Origin: Enoplolaimus lenunculus
Taxonomy: Eukaryota
Assembly (NCBI GenBank): GCA_030248215.1
Contig: JASANG010000864.1
Span: 434,001 to 498,000 of the forward strand
Direction: 5' to 3'
Length of the DNA: 64,000 nucleotides
The position numbers and the translations under genes were made by a program. This document shows positions 35,080-47,876 of the stretch, piece after piece. Below the pieces are notes generated by a model. It made no database searches. It was not told the origin of the DNA and saw only the letters and a program-made list of their open reading frames with translations. Every line of letters starts with the position of its first letter. Within the stretch, counting starts at the first letter, position 1.

Positions 35080-35253
35080 CACGCCCGTAGCCAGGTCACA
35101 TTGCCATGGGGGAGCGGGGCTAAAAAATTTTCAGGAGGGGCATACAAGGGTTTTTGTTAACTTACAAGCAAGCTTGAAAGTTGTCCAGGGAGGGCCAAAA
35201 CTTTTGAAGGAAGGAGGGTTGAGCCCGCTGGCTCCCCCTTGGCTACGGGCCCA
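35080..35253. mobile_element. Family E hAT-like MITE (~170 bp; TIR CAGGCCCGTAGCCAG; 8-bp TSD)
   Basis: TSD TTTCCTGC/TTTCTTGC. Related copies at ~33829-33998, 34211-34376, 44278-44433, 55587-55740, 58552-58719 and other partials. Confidence 0.8.
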
Positions 35254-35453
35254 TTTCTTGCTTAGGCTTAGGCTTAGGAGTATGCTTACGCTACTGGTAC
35301 GACCCTGAAACTAACACTGTATGAGATTGTGGTGTTGACATCCACATTGACGCTGAAGAACTGCGCGTGTTTTTTACGGTGCTGTGAATTCTGAGCTCAT
35401 GTAATTTTAAGTTGAGCAGTACAATATTGAGCCATTCACAAAAGTTTTGCTAC

Positions 35454-35525
35454 GGATGCAGTTATGCTGGAATCCAAGACGTTCGGATTACATGTTCACT
35501 GGTCTAACCACTGAGCTACGCAGCC
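35454..35525 (-). pseudogene. Decayed tRNA / tRNA-derived SINE head (TGT in the anticodon position, Thr-like)
   Basis: 72 nt GGCTGCG TA GCTCAGTGGTTAGACC A GTGAA CATGTAA TCCGA ACGTC TTGGA TTCCAGC ATAAC TGCATCC. Intact A-box and 6/7 acceptor pairs, but anticodon and T stems are broken. Confidence 0.5.
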
Positions 35526-35609
35526 ATGCAAACTTTTCGCTACAATGGCTCTATATACCGTAAGTTTGGTACCACAAGATACGTATGAAAACTGCATATA
35601 CTCAAAGTA

Positions 35610-36668
35610 TCAAATAATTATCAGCAGCAGAGCGCTAGCAACAAAGATGCAACTATGAACGCTTACAACGGTACGCATCTCCTTGGCGGAAGCGCTTGTT
35701 GCAACAATCTGCCTTTTAAGCATTGCCGCAATCACAGGGGGGTATGGCGTACCTTTATGGGTATCTTTGCATGATCCAAACATTTTGCTACAGAGTCGAA
35801 ATAATCAAGTGTTTACTAGAATTCCTTCTTGGAAATATGCTGACGTCAGTTCAGTAGGAAATTATTACAAGCGAATTAATATATAATCTTAGGTTTAAAA
35901 CTGGCAAACGGAATATAATCTTAATTGTTCGGGCCAATGTTACTTTTAGTGCCGTAACAGTAGATTAAGCGTATTCCTAAGCCTATGCGGAAGCCTAAGC
36001 GTTACAAAAGCGTATTTCTAAGCCAAAGCTTAAGTCTAAGCAAAAAAATGTAGTATAGAATGTAATCCTACGCTTTTATAGACCCACCAGAAGCCGGGAG
36101 CGCCCTAAAAGTAACATGGGCCATTGTTCGTATCATAAGCCAAAACGCAAAGATGATAAATGCACACCTAAAACCTTGGCCTAAATCTGCAATTAAGCCT
36201 AAGGTAACTTAAAGGTGCCGGCAACTTTGATAGCCATACATGGTCAAATAAATGAAAACAAGAAGCTTACAATGGTCTGGTGGTAGCAGGACACGTTTAT
36301 ATCTTGATAATGACGCTACAACAAGTATGAAATACAAATTTTGAGTCTTAAAGGTTTTATCTTTTAGCATAATTTTCGGCCAATGTTGCTTTTATAGGGC
36401 CTAAGGATAAACCAAAACAAAAGTTATCTGGTGTACGCATGTTATTGTGGAAATTCAAATGAATGCTTTTATAGTATAAATTTAAATTTTTCAGCGCATA
36501 ATTTTAATTTGAAATTGGCTCAGGCTCAAGTTATTTCTAACATCCCTACTCGTATACGTCGGCTTTCTTGACGTAATTCTGGAAACAGCTGTCAGGTGTC
36601 GTTTGTGGTTCATGGTTGAATTTTAGAAAAACTAAGCACCGTTGGGCATTTGACATTTCGTCACCAGA
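35610..36668 (-). CDS. 3' part of a putative minus-strand gene, possibly GPI-anchored: complement(join(35610..35787,36550..36668)); upstream exons not resolved
   Basis: TTTTCAG|SGDEMSNAQRCLVFLKFNHEPQTTPDSCFQNYVKKADVY GA|GTAGGG joins in phase with TGTAG|C to give DKMFGSCKDTHKGTPYPPVIAAMLKRQIVATSASAKEMRTVVSVHSCIFVASALLLIII*, which has a hydrophobic C-terminus. Confidence 0.5.
35932..36122 (+). mobile_element. MITE family B (TTAGGC-carrying, TIR GGCCAATGTTACTTT(A/T)AGGG, 8-bp TSD; Merlin-like)
   Basis: TIRs and perfect TSD ATTGTTCG. Confidence 0.88.
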
Positions 36669-36945
36669 CTGAAAATATTTTCATTTTATTAAAAATAAAT
36701 GTTTTTATAAAAATACTGTTTGGATTTAACATATAAATATGATTCAACAGCAACACATGACAAGTATTTGACCAATGTATAGAACAGAGCCAAGCATATT
36801 CCTTAGCCTAAGCCAAAGCCTAAGGAAAAGAATTAGTCTAAAGCTTAAGCCAAGCGTAAGAATCAGCTTATACCTAAGCCTAAATCTAAGCAAAAGAATT
36901 AGTCTAAAGCTTAAGCCAAGCGTAAGAATCAGCTTATACTTAAGC
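36412..36945 (-). repeat. Inverted segmental duplication, copy 2
   Basis: Reverse complement of ~22330-22868. Confidence 0.9.
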
Positions 36946-38472
36946 CTAAGCCTAAACAAAAAAATGTAGCCTAAAATCTAAGCCTAGTCTGTTGAAGTCC
37001 TGCCAGAAATCGGAACGACCATAAAAGACACATTGGTATACTTTGCAATATACTTACTGATTGCAAACACTACTTAACTGGAATAAGCGATTTTTATAGA
37101 CAAAATTGTGACACTATAATGATGTCGAACCCGTAGCCACAGCGGTGGGCGGTGGGGACATGCCTCTCCTGAAAAATGCTTATCCCCCTTACAAAATGAG
37201 ATATTACTACGGATCTGGATACTGCCTGCGTTGCAGCTATGGCTACGATTAGAGTTTTTGGTTTGGTTGTCAAGACGATCTGACCTGATACTTGATTTAA
37301 AAAAAGAATATGATTTTTAACTTTTTTAATTATAACTTAAGGTAATACCATATTGATTGTATCAATATCTCCCCTCCAGCGTAGTTGTCCACAATCCGCT
37401 TGGAGTTAAATGCTGCAGCCAATGTAAAGCACGAGGGCGAAACAGTATTAGAAGCTTTATTCCTAAGCCTAAGCCTAAGCCTAAGCCGGCCAATGTTACT
37501 TTAAGGGGCGTAACAGTAGATAAAGCGTATTTCTAAACCTAAACCTAAGACTAAGCGTTGCAAAAATGAGTTCCTAAGCCTAAGCCTATCAAAAGCTTGA
37601 CAATAACGCAAGGTTATACTTTAGAATGTACTTTCAAAACTTAAGTACGCTTTAATGTTTCGAACTCAACTTTAATTCGTCCTGTGCACTACAATTAGGG
37701 ATAATTAACATTTATGCGCACTAATTTGGACTTCGGGATCCTATCCGATTACGGACTCTTATTAGGGATACGGACTCGTATTGATTGGTATTCAAAACGG
37801 GGACCCGCCCCTCTTATTACTACCCTCTTACTCGGATCACTAGAGTATGCAATAATTAAAGAATAATATCAACAGCCACATATGTAATTACAACGCGAGT
37901 TCTGACTACTTGAAAACAATTAAAATATCGCTTTAAAAAACATTGCATCGGCAAATTGACAACAACGTTTCAATAATGCAATTATATACAATGCAATCAT
38001 TTCATATTTGGCGAAACTAATCGCGGTTATTCTGTCTTGCATCAATGCCGAGCAAATCCGGCTTCCTAACGAGCCTGATACAGCCCTTCAATGTTGGGTA
38101 TCATCAGCTAAAAGCCTGATCAAAAAGAGAAAATCTTCAAAACGGGTTTTTAATGTTTGTGTCTCGTGACAATTCATCGAACGACAACTCGTCGACTAAC
38201 AATTTGTAATCCGTAACATCATGGATTCGACAATTCGTTGGCCATCATTATGCTTGGGGGTAGGCTTAGGCTCAGGATTACACTTCGATATACATTTCGA
38301 CTTATTTGTAGGCTTTAGCACAGTGTTGGATGATAAGCGTCGGGCAGCGAACTTCAGTAGATGCAATTTTGCTTTAGCCTACGTGTGAATAAAGTGATTC
38401 TAAACTCAGGCTTAAAGCCTAAGCCTTAACGTAAGCCTAAGCAAAAAAATAGTCTAAATCTTAAGCTTACTC

Positions 38473-38681
38473 GGCCCATGTAATGATCAGGGGCGGAGAG
38501 TTTTTCTGTGAGACTAGAATAGAGTAAGCTTAAGCTTTAGGCTAATTTCTTTGCTTGGCTTTAGGCTTACGCTCTGGCTTAGGCTTAGGAGCATGCTTAT
38601 TCTTACGCTTAGGTTTAGGCTTAGGCTTATGCTTAGAAATATGCTAATAATACTGTTCCGCCCCTGATCATTACATGGGCC
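38473..38681 (-). mobile_element. MITE family A
   Basis: Perfect 25-bp TIR GGCCCATGTAATGATCAGGGGCGGA; abuts a partial family A body at ~38400-38472. Confidence 0.85.
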
Positions 38682-39023
38682 AAAATTTGTAAAATTTTAT
38701 CGCTAACATGGTGTATAAGTCTTGTCTACGGCTATCCCACCAAACACGCTAAAAGGGCTGATTGCCGCGGTATGCGTATTCGGGTATGTGGGTGTTTGCT
38801 TTCAACAATTGCAGGAACGTGAACTTTTACAGATTTGCCTATTTTCAGTGTTATTCCAAGTCGATATCTTCAAGGTACTTACACCAAAATAGCTTAATTA
38901 TCCTCTCAAAACCTGTGGCTTCTGCGGGTATCGCCGTGGTATTTAAACATGACACCTTTGACTGCTTGCAAACTACGTTTCAGGAAGAGTTCTGACGCTT
39001 TCAAAACGGTCATGTGCGTGGTA

Positions 39024-39468
39024 CTGTAGTGACCCGAATAAGAGGCGGGAGACTGATATTTGTTTGGCCTTTCCAGAGGGTACCCCCTTGTTATTCGGTT
39101 ACAGACTGTTATTTATTTTTACTTCGCGCTCCGCCGCCCTTCGTTATTGATATATATCAGGTACTGCACTTATTCGTTGAATTAAACATTTATTTGTCTT
39201 ATGTCAACAGCTTGAGCGATAATACAAGGTTTTACTTAGGAATGTACTTTCAAAATTTAAGTATGCTTTATAATTTCGAACTCAACTTTATTTGGTCCTG
39301 GAGTTATTTATGCGCTACAATTAGGGTTATTTGACATTTATGGAGTCTAGGGTTTAGGGACTCTGTCCGCTTACGGACTCTTATTATGGATACTCACTCC
39401 AATTGATTCGGACTCAAAATAGGGACCCCCTCTTATTATCCCTCCCCCTCTTATTCGGGTCAATACAG
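39024..39468 (-). mobile_element. Family C element
   Basis: TIRs; reverse orientation relative to the 30605 copy. Confidence 0.85.
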
Positions 39469-39705
39469 CATCTCTTCACCTGATAATGTTGGAAAAAATA
39501 TTCTTTGATATCGTTTGCTAACAAGGGGTATGGAAATTTTTCCCATTCTGGCAATTGCAAGAGTCAACTTACTAAGGTATAATTTAATTATTTGGTCAAA
39601 CCTGGATGCGCCTAAAAGTAACCCCGGCCTGGTCTGCTATATTAACTTATTCAATACGAATCGCATATTTGACTTTAAGATTTTAAATGAAATTTCTAAA
39701 CTCTT

Positions 39706-39875
39706 ATGGCTCATGGACTAAACGAGGACAGAGTGAGAGCTAAGCCCGCATAGAAAAATTTAGACCATTCTAGAAAATTTTCAACCTTGCTTGTAAGTCA
39801 ACGAAAACGTTTTTATGCCCCATCTGAAACTGTTTTAAGCCCTCCCCCGTGCAAGGTGAGCTGGCTACGGGCCTG
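39706..39875. mobile_element. Family E hAT-like MITE
   Basis: Perfect TSD AAACTCTT; end GAGCTGGCTACGGGCCTG. Confidence 0.8.
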
Positions 39876-42608
39876 AAACTCTTAAAGACACAAACCTAAA
39901 AATCACTGTGTAAATATCATCACTTTATGTCTATTTTGATTCCTTGTTCGGTTCCAGTTGAATTAAACTGTATCCATCACCAAGACATCCTGGATACAGC
40001 AACTGACAACGAAACTCATTTGATGACTTGGTTTAATGATGGTTGAATATTGCACATTTTGGCGCCAGTTTTAGCTAGTAATTTTGGCTTCCTTAAAATG
40101 CGCGTGGGCCACGTGTAATGCGCGCCAATTTTATTAGTTTACAAATGTTCCATCAGTATATTCGCATCGCACGAACCCCGCTCAGCTTATGGCCATTATT
40201 CATGAACGTAAATGAAATGTTTTCGAATCTGGCTAACGTTACCACCGCACCGACGCAGCATAGGGGATACAAAACTTAAACCTAACCAATGGTAATTTTG
40301 TCGCTAACTGTTTGTTATTAACCAGATATGTAATAGGTTTCACCAAAATATTAACCATTTCATACAGTATACGTCATTTAGAAACGACCAATCAATGTCC
40401 CGGATGTTGGCGTTTTTTCACAAGAATACTCCCTTGTGCTCGAAGTCGAACCACAAATTGTATGGTTTGTGTGGACTTGGGCGAAAACTCAAAATCACTA
40501 CTAAAGTCGTCATTCTGGTGTTCAAATTAAAATTGAAATTCGTTTATATTCATTCTTACAGAATAATATTAATATATTTGAATCAACAAAACTAAAAGCG
40601 AAATCTGTGACGCTAAATTTGTTTATTTAAGCTTCAAATTAAAAGTTGTAAGCTTACAGTTGTTAATGTTTAGCAGAATTTCGCCCACGTTGTGATTTAT
40701 AGCGCATTCGCTGTTCTAGTGTACTTAGTCCGTCCAGCCATTTGCGCTTTACTTAAACTAATATTCAAGTTTAGTTAAGCTATAATTTACGTTTAAGTTT
40801 TTACAGAGTATTTTTCACCCGATATTCTCAACTTTTCCTTGTCGCTTTTATGTATTTATAAACATTATAATAATTTACCGTAAAAAGAATAATCAGTTGC
40901 ATTTATCTAAACAAATTTAGACATATTTTTGCGAAATTTGTTTGTACATCCCTGCAAACGGAGGCTTAGACTATTTTTAGATAATATCCCGATTCTTAGT
41001 GGTCGCTTTTTCTGTATAGCTGTACTTCCATATCCAACATTCGATGATTTTGTCAACTTGGCTGTGTTTGTACTATTTTTACTAAATACATATTTTGTCG
41101 TGCTTTCGGTCCAAATAAACTTCTAGTCTTGTGTCTTGTCAAATACTGTTTCTAAAGATGTAACTAGCTGCAATATGCTATCAGGATATTGGTAATGTTA
41201 AAATTTAGTAGTCGACTTTGAATTCAATTCAATGTTTCTAAAATATATTACTTAAGTGACACGCGTTCGATCGCTAAGTTCAAACGTTTTAGGTTCAGGT
41301 CACTGACCTCATTCAGTCTATTTCGTGTAAACCTTTCCAGTTGTCTTTACTAAAGCTTTCTCTAATACATCAGCTGGTTCAAACGAGCTCTAGCCCCCCC
41401 TACACATCCAAGATTTATTCGTAGAAAGGGGAACACGATGTAAAGAGGTAGTATAAATTTTGTCCGGCATAGAAATTTTTCAATTTTGTCAAAAAATAGT
41501 CAGCCCCGGACGGGGGAGGCAATGTTCACAAAAAGCCAGTGCTCTCGTTGCCCACGCATTGGCGACCCTGAGCTAAATAATATAAGCTAAAAGAATTAAA
41601 ATTATTAAAATTTTCCAACATTTTGAGCTCGTGCAGTGTTTTAGTTTAAATGGCTATTGCTAGTAAACAAGTATTATTTACTGTGTTAAAAGGTCAGCGC
41701 TTACTGGATTTCGTATTTTGCAATTTCAAAGTATATCTGTCAATCTGCATCTGTATTTAGGATAACGGCGCTGGCTATTAATTAAAATAGTTCAAACTTT
41801 AGCATATGTGTATTTATTTTAGTTTGACAAGGTCAACCTCGTATGGTTCTAAGACGAGTAGTTTAATGGGCGGTCGGGGAAGCGGGTAGAGAAAAAGGCT
41901 GTTATGTGGTTTAAATTATTAATGCTACACGTTTTTTGTTATTCTTGCCTACAATAAACCGTCACCAATTGGTTTAACTTTTTAAGCCTACACAATATCA
42001 AAGTCTGTCTAATACTCAAGTTCCTAAGTCTAGCCTAATTGTCATTCTGGAACATTCCTACACCATTTGTTGTCTAAGCAAAGCTTAATCTTAAACCAGG
42101 GTCGGCTTAGGGATAAAAAAAGAAACTGTGCAATTGAACGCAACGTCAGATACAGATGATTCTGTGATGACCGAGACGTGTCTGGCAAAAGTGATGAACC
42201 ACAATGTTTACTGTATGCTAATGGCAAACTTTCAAAGCGGAAAAATTGTAATGTAGGGACCTTAGCATTTTATCACCAAAAATTTCCTGACGTTACAGCC
42301 ATGCGGGAGTAATTGTATGAGTTTTCAGCGTCTTTAAATTAATTCTCGTTTGCGCAGTTTTACGAGACCTTTGTAGTATTTACAAACACGGTGGTTTAAT
42401 TTTGAATGAATCGATATTTACTATGGTGTTGTTGAGGTTTTATGAACATTTTAAGTAAGGTTTGAACTTATCATAAGGTTAAAAACGACCAGTTTACAGG
42501 ATTTATGAGATTTAATATTTCTCGGTAGCGAAAGCGCGTGGCTACTCGCTGGTGAATCTACGAAAATTTGTCACCCCACAACTTGTCGCCTAACTGTCCT
42601 AAAACCTA

Positions 42609-43049
42609 CTGTATTGACCCGAATAAGAGGGGAGGGGGTAATAACAGGAGGTCCCTATTTTGAGTCCGAATCAATAGGATTTCGTATCCCTAATAAGAGT
42701 CAGTAAGCGGATAGAGGCCCTAAGCCCTAATTAGAGTCCATAGTCAATTATCGAAAATTGTAGCGCATAAATAACTCCAGGACAAAATAATTTGAGTTTG
42801 AAACTTCAAAGCGTGCGTGCATTTTGAAAGTACATTGCTAAGTATAACCTTGTATTTTATCGCTCAAGCTATTGACACAAGACAAATACGTTTAATTCAA
42901 CGGATAATTGTAGTACCGGATATATCAGTAACGAAGGGAGGCGGAGCGTGGGTTAAAAATAAATAACAGTCCGTAACCGAATAATAAGGGGGGTACCCTC
43001 TGGAGAGACCAAATAAATATCAGTCCCCCTCTTATTCGGGTCACTACAG
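42609..43049 (+). mobile_element. Family C element nested in an older repeat
   Basis: TA-flanked TIRs; the flanks rejoin to a repeat also seen at ~10010-10190 and ~38170-38360. Partial family C copies also at ~12295-12547 and ~37595-37843. Confidence 0.85.
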
Positions 43050-46000
43050 TATGAATAATCTGATCATAATCCAAAGCGTATTCCTGAGCCTAAGCCTTAA
43101 TGTGACAATAATGATAAAGACAAAAGCTGAATCGCCGATAGAAGTTTCTCGCTTTGGGTTAAAAAGCGTCACTCGGATCTCACTGCATGTTTGCTTCAAT
43201 TTCCAGTTAGCAATTTTTTTGCATCCGTCATCCCATGGTAAACTTTTCTTAAAAGCAAGAATTCGGCTTGATCCATTAGTTAAACCCAAAAAAAATATCA
43301 AAACATCTTTTAAAAATTTAAAATATAAATCGAGTCGACATTTTTTCGACCGACAAAACCAACGCCAAAAATTTGAGATTGAATTAAACTAAAAATGTGC
43401 CGAAACAATCATTACTTTAATGGTACTTTACCTCATTATTACATTTAATATATACGCACATTTTGTTTATACATGTGTTTATATTTATGTGTATATATAT
43501 GCATATATATATGTATATACAGCTCATTGCTATTTTTTGATGTTTGCTTCCTATACGTGATGAACGTCTTTAACTCGCGTTTGGTTTGAATTTTTAATTT
43601 TAAACTACTTACATTGAATCGTTAATTTGAATACCCGTGAAAAATGAGACGAAAAGTAGTCAAGAGAATATTTTTAGGTTTTATGGGTTTCAACGGCGAT
43701 CTGGCAAAGCTACTGAACTATGCTGGTTTGAAATTTTTGGTCGTAGCAGAAAGATATTTGCTTAATGATTTATAAGCAGAAAAAAATACATGAGCGTGAC
43801 GAAGAAAAAAGGTAATAGTGGGATTCTGAAAGCCTACTGCAGTGCGACTCAGTAGTATGTGCTAAGCAATTACTTAACCCTTTTGTCGTTTTTAAAGGCG
43901 TACTTCAGTTAATAAGTGAATAGTTTAGTCACTGATGAAATTTGATATATTTCAGCATTATAGTTCACGTATATTAACATTGGCCTAATTAGAATTAAAG
44001 ATTCGTGATATCTGCATAAAATAAAGCAAAACTATAGCTTTCTTAAGTCGGCGGCTTATGTAATTACAAAAGCGTAACTTAAGTAAAATACTTAAATAAG
44101 ATTTCAGAAACCAAGCCATTATTAGCTTGGAGAATCGACTTGTATAAAATTTTACTGCAGTGGCTTTATCTAGGCTAACATTACATGATTTAGTATGAGC
44201 ATAGTTTAACATTTTTTAATTTTAATTCTTCAAAATTCGTGTGTTCTACTGTACAGAGTTGTGGAATACTTTAAATATGTTCGTAGCCAGCTCACCTGTT
44301 TAGAGAGGCTAAACATTTGTCAAAGAGGACATACAAGAGTTTTCGATTACGTACAAGCAAGGTTGAAAATTGTGTAGAGGGCATAATTATACCAAGAGCG
44401 CTACGCCCGCGATCCCTTTCTATCTACGGGCTCGCTTGATAAACGTCGTTACCCTTGCTGGCGAAAATAATTAGGGAGCTCCAGCTCGAGCAAGGTCGTC
44501 CTTGAGCTTATACCAATTTGAGTTGTCCTGTCAAATCAAACCTAGTATGCCTAAGTGTTTTATAGACGCGCCCGCGGTTATCCGAGCTGAGTAAAAAAAT
44601 TTTGATGCCGGCATATCTGTGAATAAACAATTTCAAAGTGCAGCTAAAAAATCGTTATTCTATACCCTTTTTAAGAATCGGCAAACAGCGGTTCAATGTA
44701 CATAGCTAGTATTTGCACCGTAACATTACACAATTGTATTGAACGCAGAAGAAAAATATAAGGATGAGTAAAGGCGGGTAGCGGATAAAGTAATTTTGTC
44801 TCGGTACATCCGTGCGTAAAAAATCAAATTTACTCGGTTAAACAGCAGGCCAGGTTAAAAATCTTACCCATTTACACCTCTGTAGACGCCTGTTTTCTTA
44901 CCACTGCTCCGTTTGGTCGAAAGCTCTCGATCGATGCCATCTCGGCTGACGGAGCGTTAGTCGGGCGCAAGCCAACACGATTGGTAACATCCTGCCCAGT
45001 AAACCTAAATCTAAGCCTAAGCGTAAGCCTAACCATAGACCTAATCTTAATGTAAGCCTATGCGTTAGCGTCTCTATTGACCCCAGTCACAGTGTCTCTC
45101 AGTGAACAAACTCTGCAAGGCCATTGCTGGTCATCCAGTCAATACTTGCTTACGTACCAGATTCAAACTCTCATTCAAACTACACGTGCCAACTAAGCGG
45201 TAGTTTGAAAAAGACATCACAATATTACAAACTCAAGCGTCCGGAAGGTTAACGAATGTATTAATTTCCACTGTCTTTATTATGTCTCATAGGATTTTTC
45301 AATGCGACAATGGTGTTGGTTAATAATTACTCTTAGTTTTAAGACAATCTAAGATCCGCTTCTATATATGTATATATGTATTTATATATTTATTACATTA
45401 TATGTCATATATATAAATATATAAATATAATATATTAAATTAAATAAAACATATTATAAAAATAATATATATAATATCAATATAATATATAAAAATAAAT
45501 AAAATACATGTTATAGAAATAATATATAATATAAATATTATATATATTATAAATACATATATCTAAACTGAGACTTTGCCTTCAATCAATTAACAGTAGC
45601 ACAAAAAGAAACAATTACTAAAAATATGGATCATCAATCCGTTCCTTTAACAACTGAACAAGTAAAGTCAACTAAACTTTGTTCAAAGTCGCATCCAAAT
45701 CCAGCGTTGAGTTGAAATCAACCTGGTGTTTAACGTAAGGATACGGCAATGTTTGCCTTATTAACAATCACCACATGGTATGCGTTTAAATTCGAAAAAT
45801 ATATTTTATGCAGCGAAAATTTAAAACTACTTTAACCTGAGAGTGCAAATTATATATCGAAGCGACTGCAACTGACGAAAGTAAAATTTGAAATCTCAAG
45901 AGGCCCTGAAGCACCTCAATTGAGTCTTTGAATTACTCCTAGTGGCATGGATAATGTTTTTTGCGTAACTTTACCGACACGCAGATTTGTGTTTTAAAAT

Positions 46001-46155
46001 TTTTGACTCTTAAGACATTTTTTAATATTTGAAATTTTTTAGACCAGTCAATTCAATGAATTCTTAATTCTCAACCAGATTCAACAAATTGGTTATAATG
46101 TTTAAAAGTCAAAGCCTAAACGTAACCCAAAGCCTATTAATCCTATTCTAATATA

Positions 46156-46370
46156 GACTGCAAAAAATGGTGAGTCAAATTAACTATCTCCGAAATGCGG
46201 CTTTTCGAGATTACTTACTCAAACTGTGTCGAATTCGACTCTGCCAGACTCGAATTCGACTCACTGAGTAGCACGATTGGCTGTGGCAGAGTCGAATTTG
46301 ACTCACTTTGTGTAGTCTCCAAATGCCTATTTCGGAGGAAGTCAATTTGACTCGCCATTTTTTTGCAGTG
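46156..46370. mobile_element. Family D palindromic MITE
   Basis: Same arms, more diverged. Confidence 0.8.
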
Positions 46371-46555
46371 TTCTATTAATGCCGAAAAGTAAACTAGAGG
46401 CGTTTACACGAGAGTGGTCCCGTTTGAAAAACAAGATACTTATTTTTTTACAAAAATTAGAATTTTAATATTTGAATTTTCTTCACAGTCACAATTATAT
46501 ATTGACTCAATTACAGTATCGCAATTACAACACTTTTCTTCTCTACACTGGTTGT

Positions 46556-46777
46556 GATCATTGTTACTTTTAGGGCCGTAGCAGTAGATGAAGCGTATTA
46601 TTAAGCCTAAGTCTAAGCCCAGGCGTTGCAAAAGTGTATTCCTAAGCCTAAGCCTAAGCGTCACAAAAGTGTATTCCTAAGCCTAAGCCTAAACCTAAGC
46701 AAAAAAATGTAGTCTAGGAAGCCTACTCTTTTACAGACCCACCAGAAACGGGAACAGCCCTAACAGTAACATAGGTC
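46556..46777 (+). mobile_element. MITE family B
   Basis: Perfect TSD CTGGTTGT. Confidence 0.85.
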
Positions 46778-47457
46778 CTGGTTGTTATGACAACTAAAAT
46801 TCAATTTTTCATATTCATAGCAATACTTAAAAAATATTAAATTTTGTTTAAATAAAACTTTCACTTCGAAAGTAAAATATCTCAAATTCGAGGGCCGTAT
46901 ATTGTGTGCGGCAGAATTCCGTTGAGAATTTATTCAATATATTTTTAAATTTTGGCCAAATTACACACGAATTGGGCCTTGTTTTGTTTGAAGTTGAACG
47001 AGAGCAGAGAGCGTACCTACGCTTGAGCCAATGAGTTAAACTCTTTGCTCGCGTGAGCGATTGTTTTGACGAGTAGTAATTAAAATTTTAAATTTCAAAA
47101 CGTGAGAAAGTTTAACCGAACGCTGATTTGGTGCAAATATATAGTGTTATAGAGTTCATTTGGTTTAACTCAAAGAAATTTTTTTCCGTATTTTTGAGGT
47201 TAATATTATGTTTATGTTGATGTGTTTGTTTTTAAATTGTGGAATATGGTTACTCAAATTTTACAGCCAAAGGATTTTTGAATTTGGAAACGTTTATTAT
47301 TAGTGTCTTGTGTAATTGACTGTAAGTTCCAAAAAGCACTCTAATCTCAGGATTAATTGGCTAATAACAAATGCAGCGTATAAGGGTTAAAATGTGTGTT
47401 CTCGCAGAGCCGGACTTTGATCCTGACGCGGATCTTTTGAAGGATAAGGTGTTACAA

Positions 47458-47876
47458 GAAAAAACGAGGGTCCCCAATGACTCATCCCACCCCCAGACAC
47501 GTTTTCATAGGGGTGAGATTTTTACAGCATTGCCTTATGAAAAAATGACTCTCATTAAACAAAGACTCACCGGTCATTTTTACACAGCGTTGTATGAAAA
47601 ACGAGGGTCCTCAATGACTGATCCCACCCCCAAACACGTTTTTCTAGGGGTGAGATTTTTATAGCATTGCCTTATGAAAAAATGACTCTCATTAAACAGA
47701 GACACGCCGGTCATTTTTACACAGTGTTGTATGAAAAAACGCGTTAAAAAACACTTCTAGTATATTTCATACCTACATTAGTTGTGTAAAAATGACCGGG
47801 AGTCTCTTTTTAATGAGGGGCTATTTTTTCCATACAGCAATACCATAAAAATGTACCCCCCATAAAAATGTGTCCG
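47458..47876. repeat. 137-bp tandem duplication followed by a diverged inverted copy (foldback element)
   Basis: ACGAGGGTCC at 47464 and 47601; inverted arm TGTGTAAAAATGACCGG from ~47783. Confidence 0.8.

Noticed and set aside
22172..37037. Giant composite transposon bounded by the inverted duplication and carrying the two-TM gene
   Set aside because: Outer ends belong to different MITE families, no shared TSD was found and there is no transposase; kept only as an inverted duplication
37975..38170. Signal-peptide-like frame ISYLAKLIAVILSCINAEQIRLPNEPDTALQCW
   Set aside because: No in-frame ATG or convincing acceptor after the upstream stop
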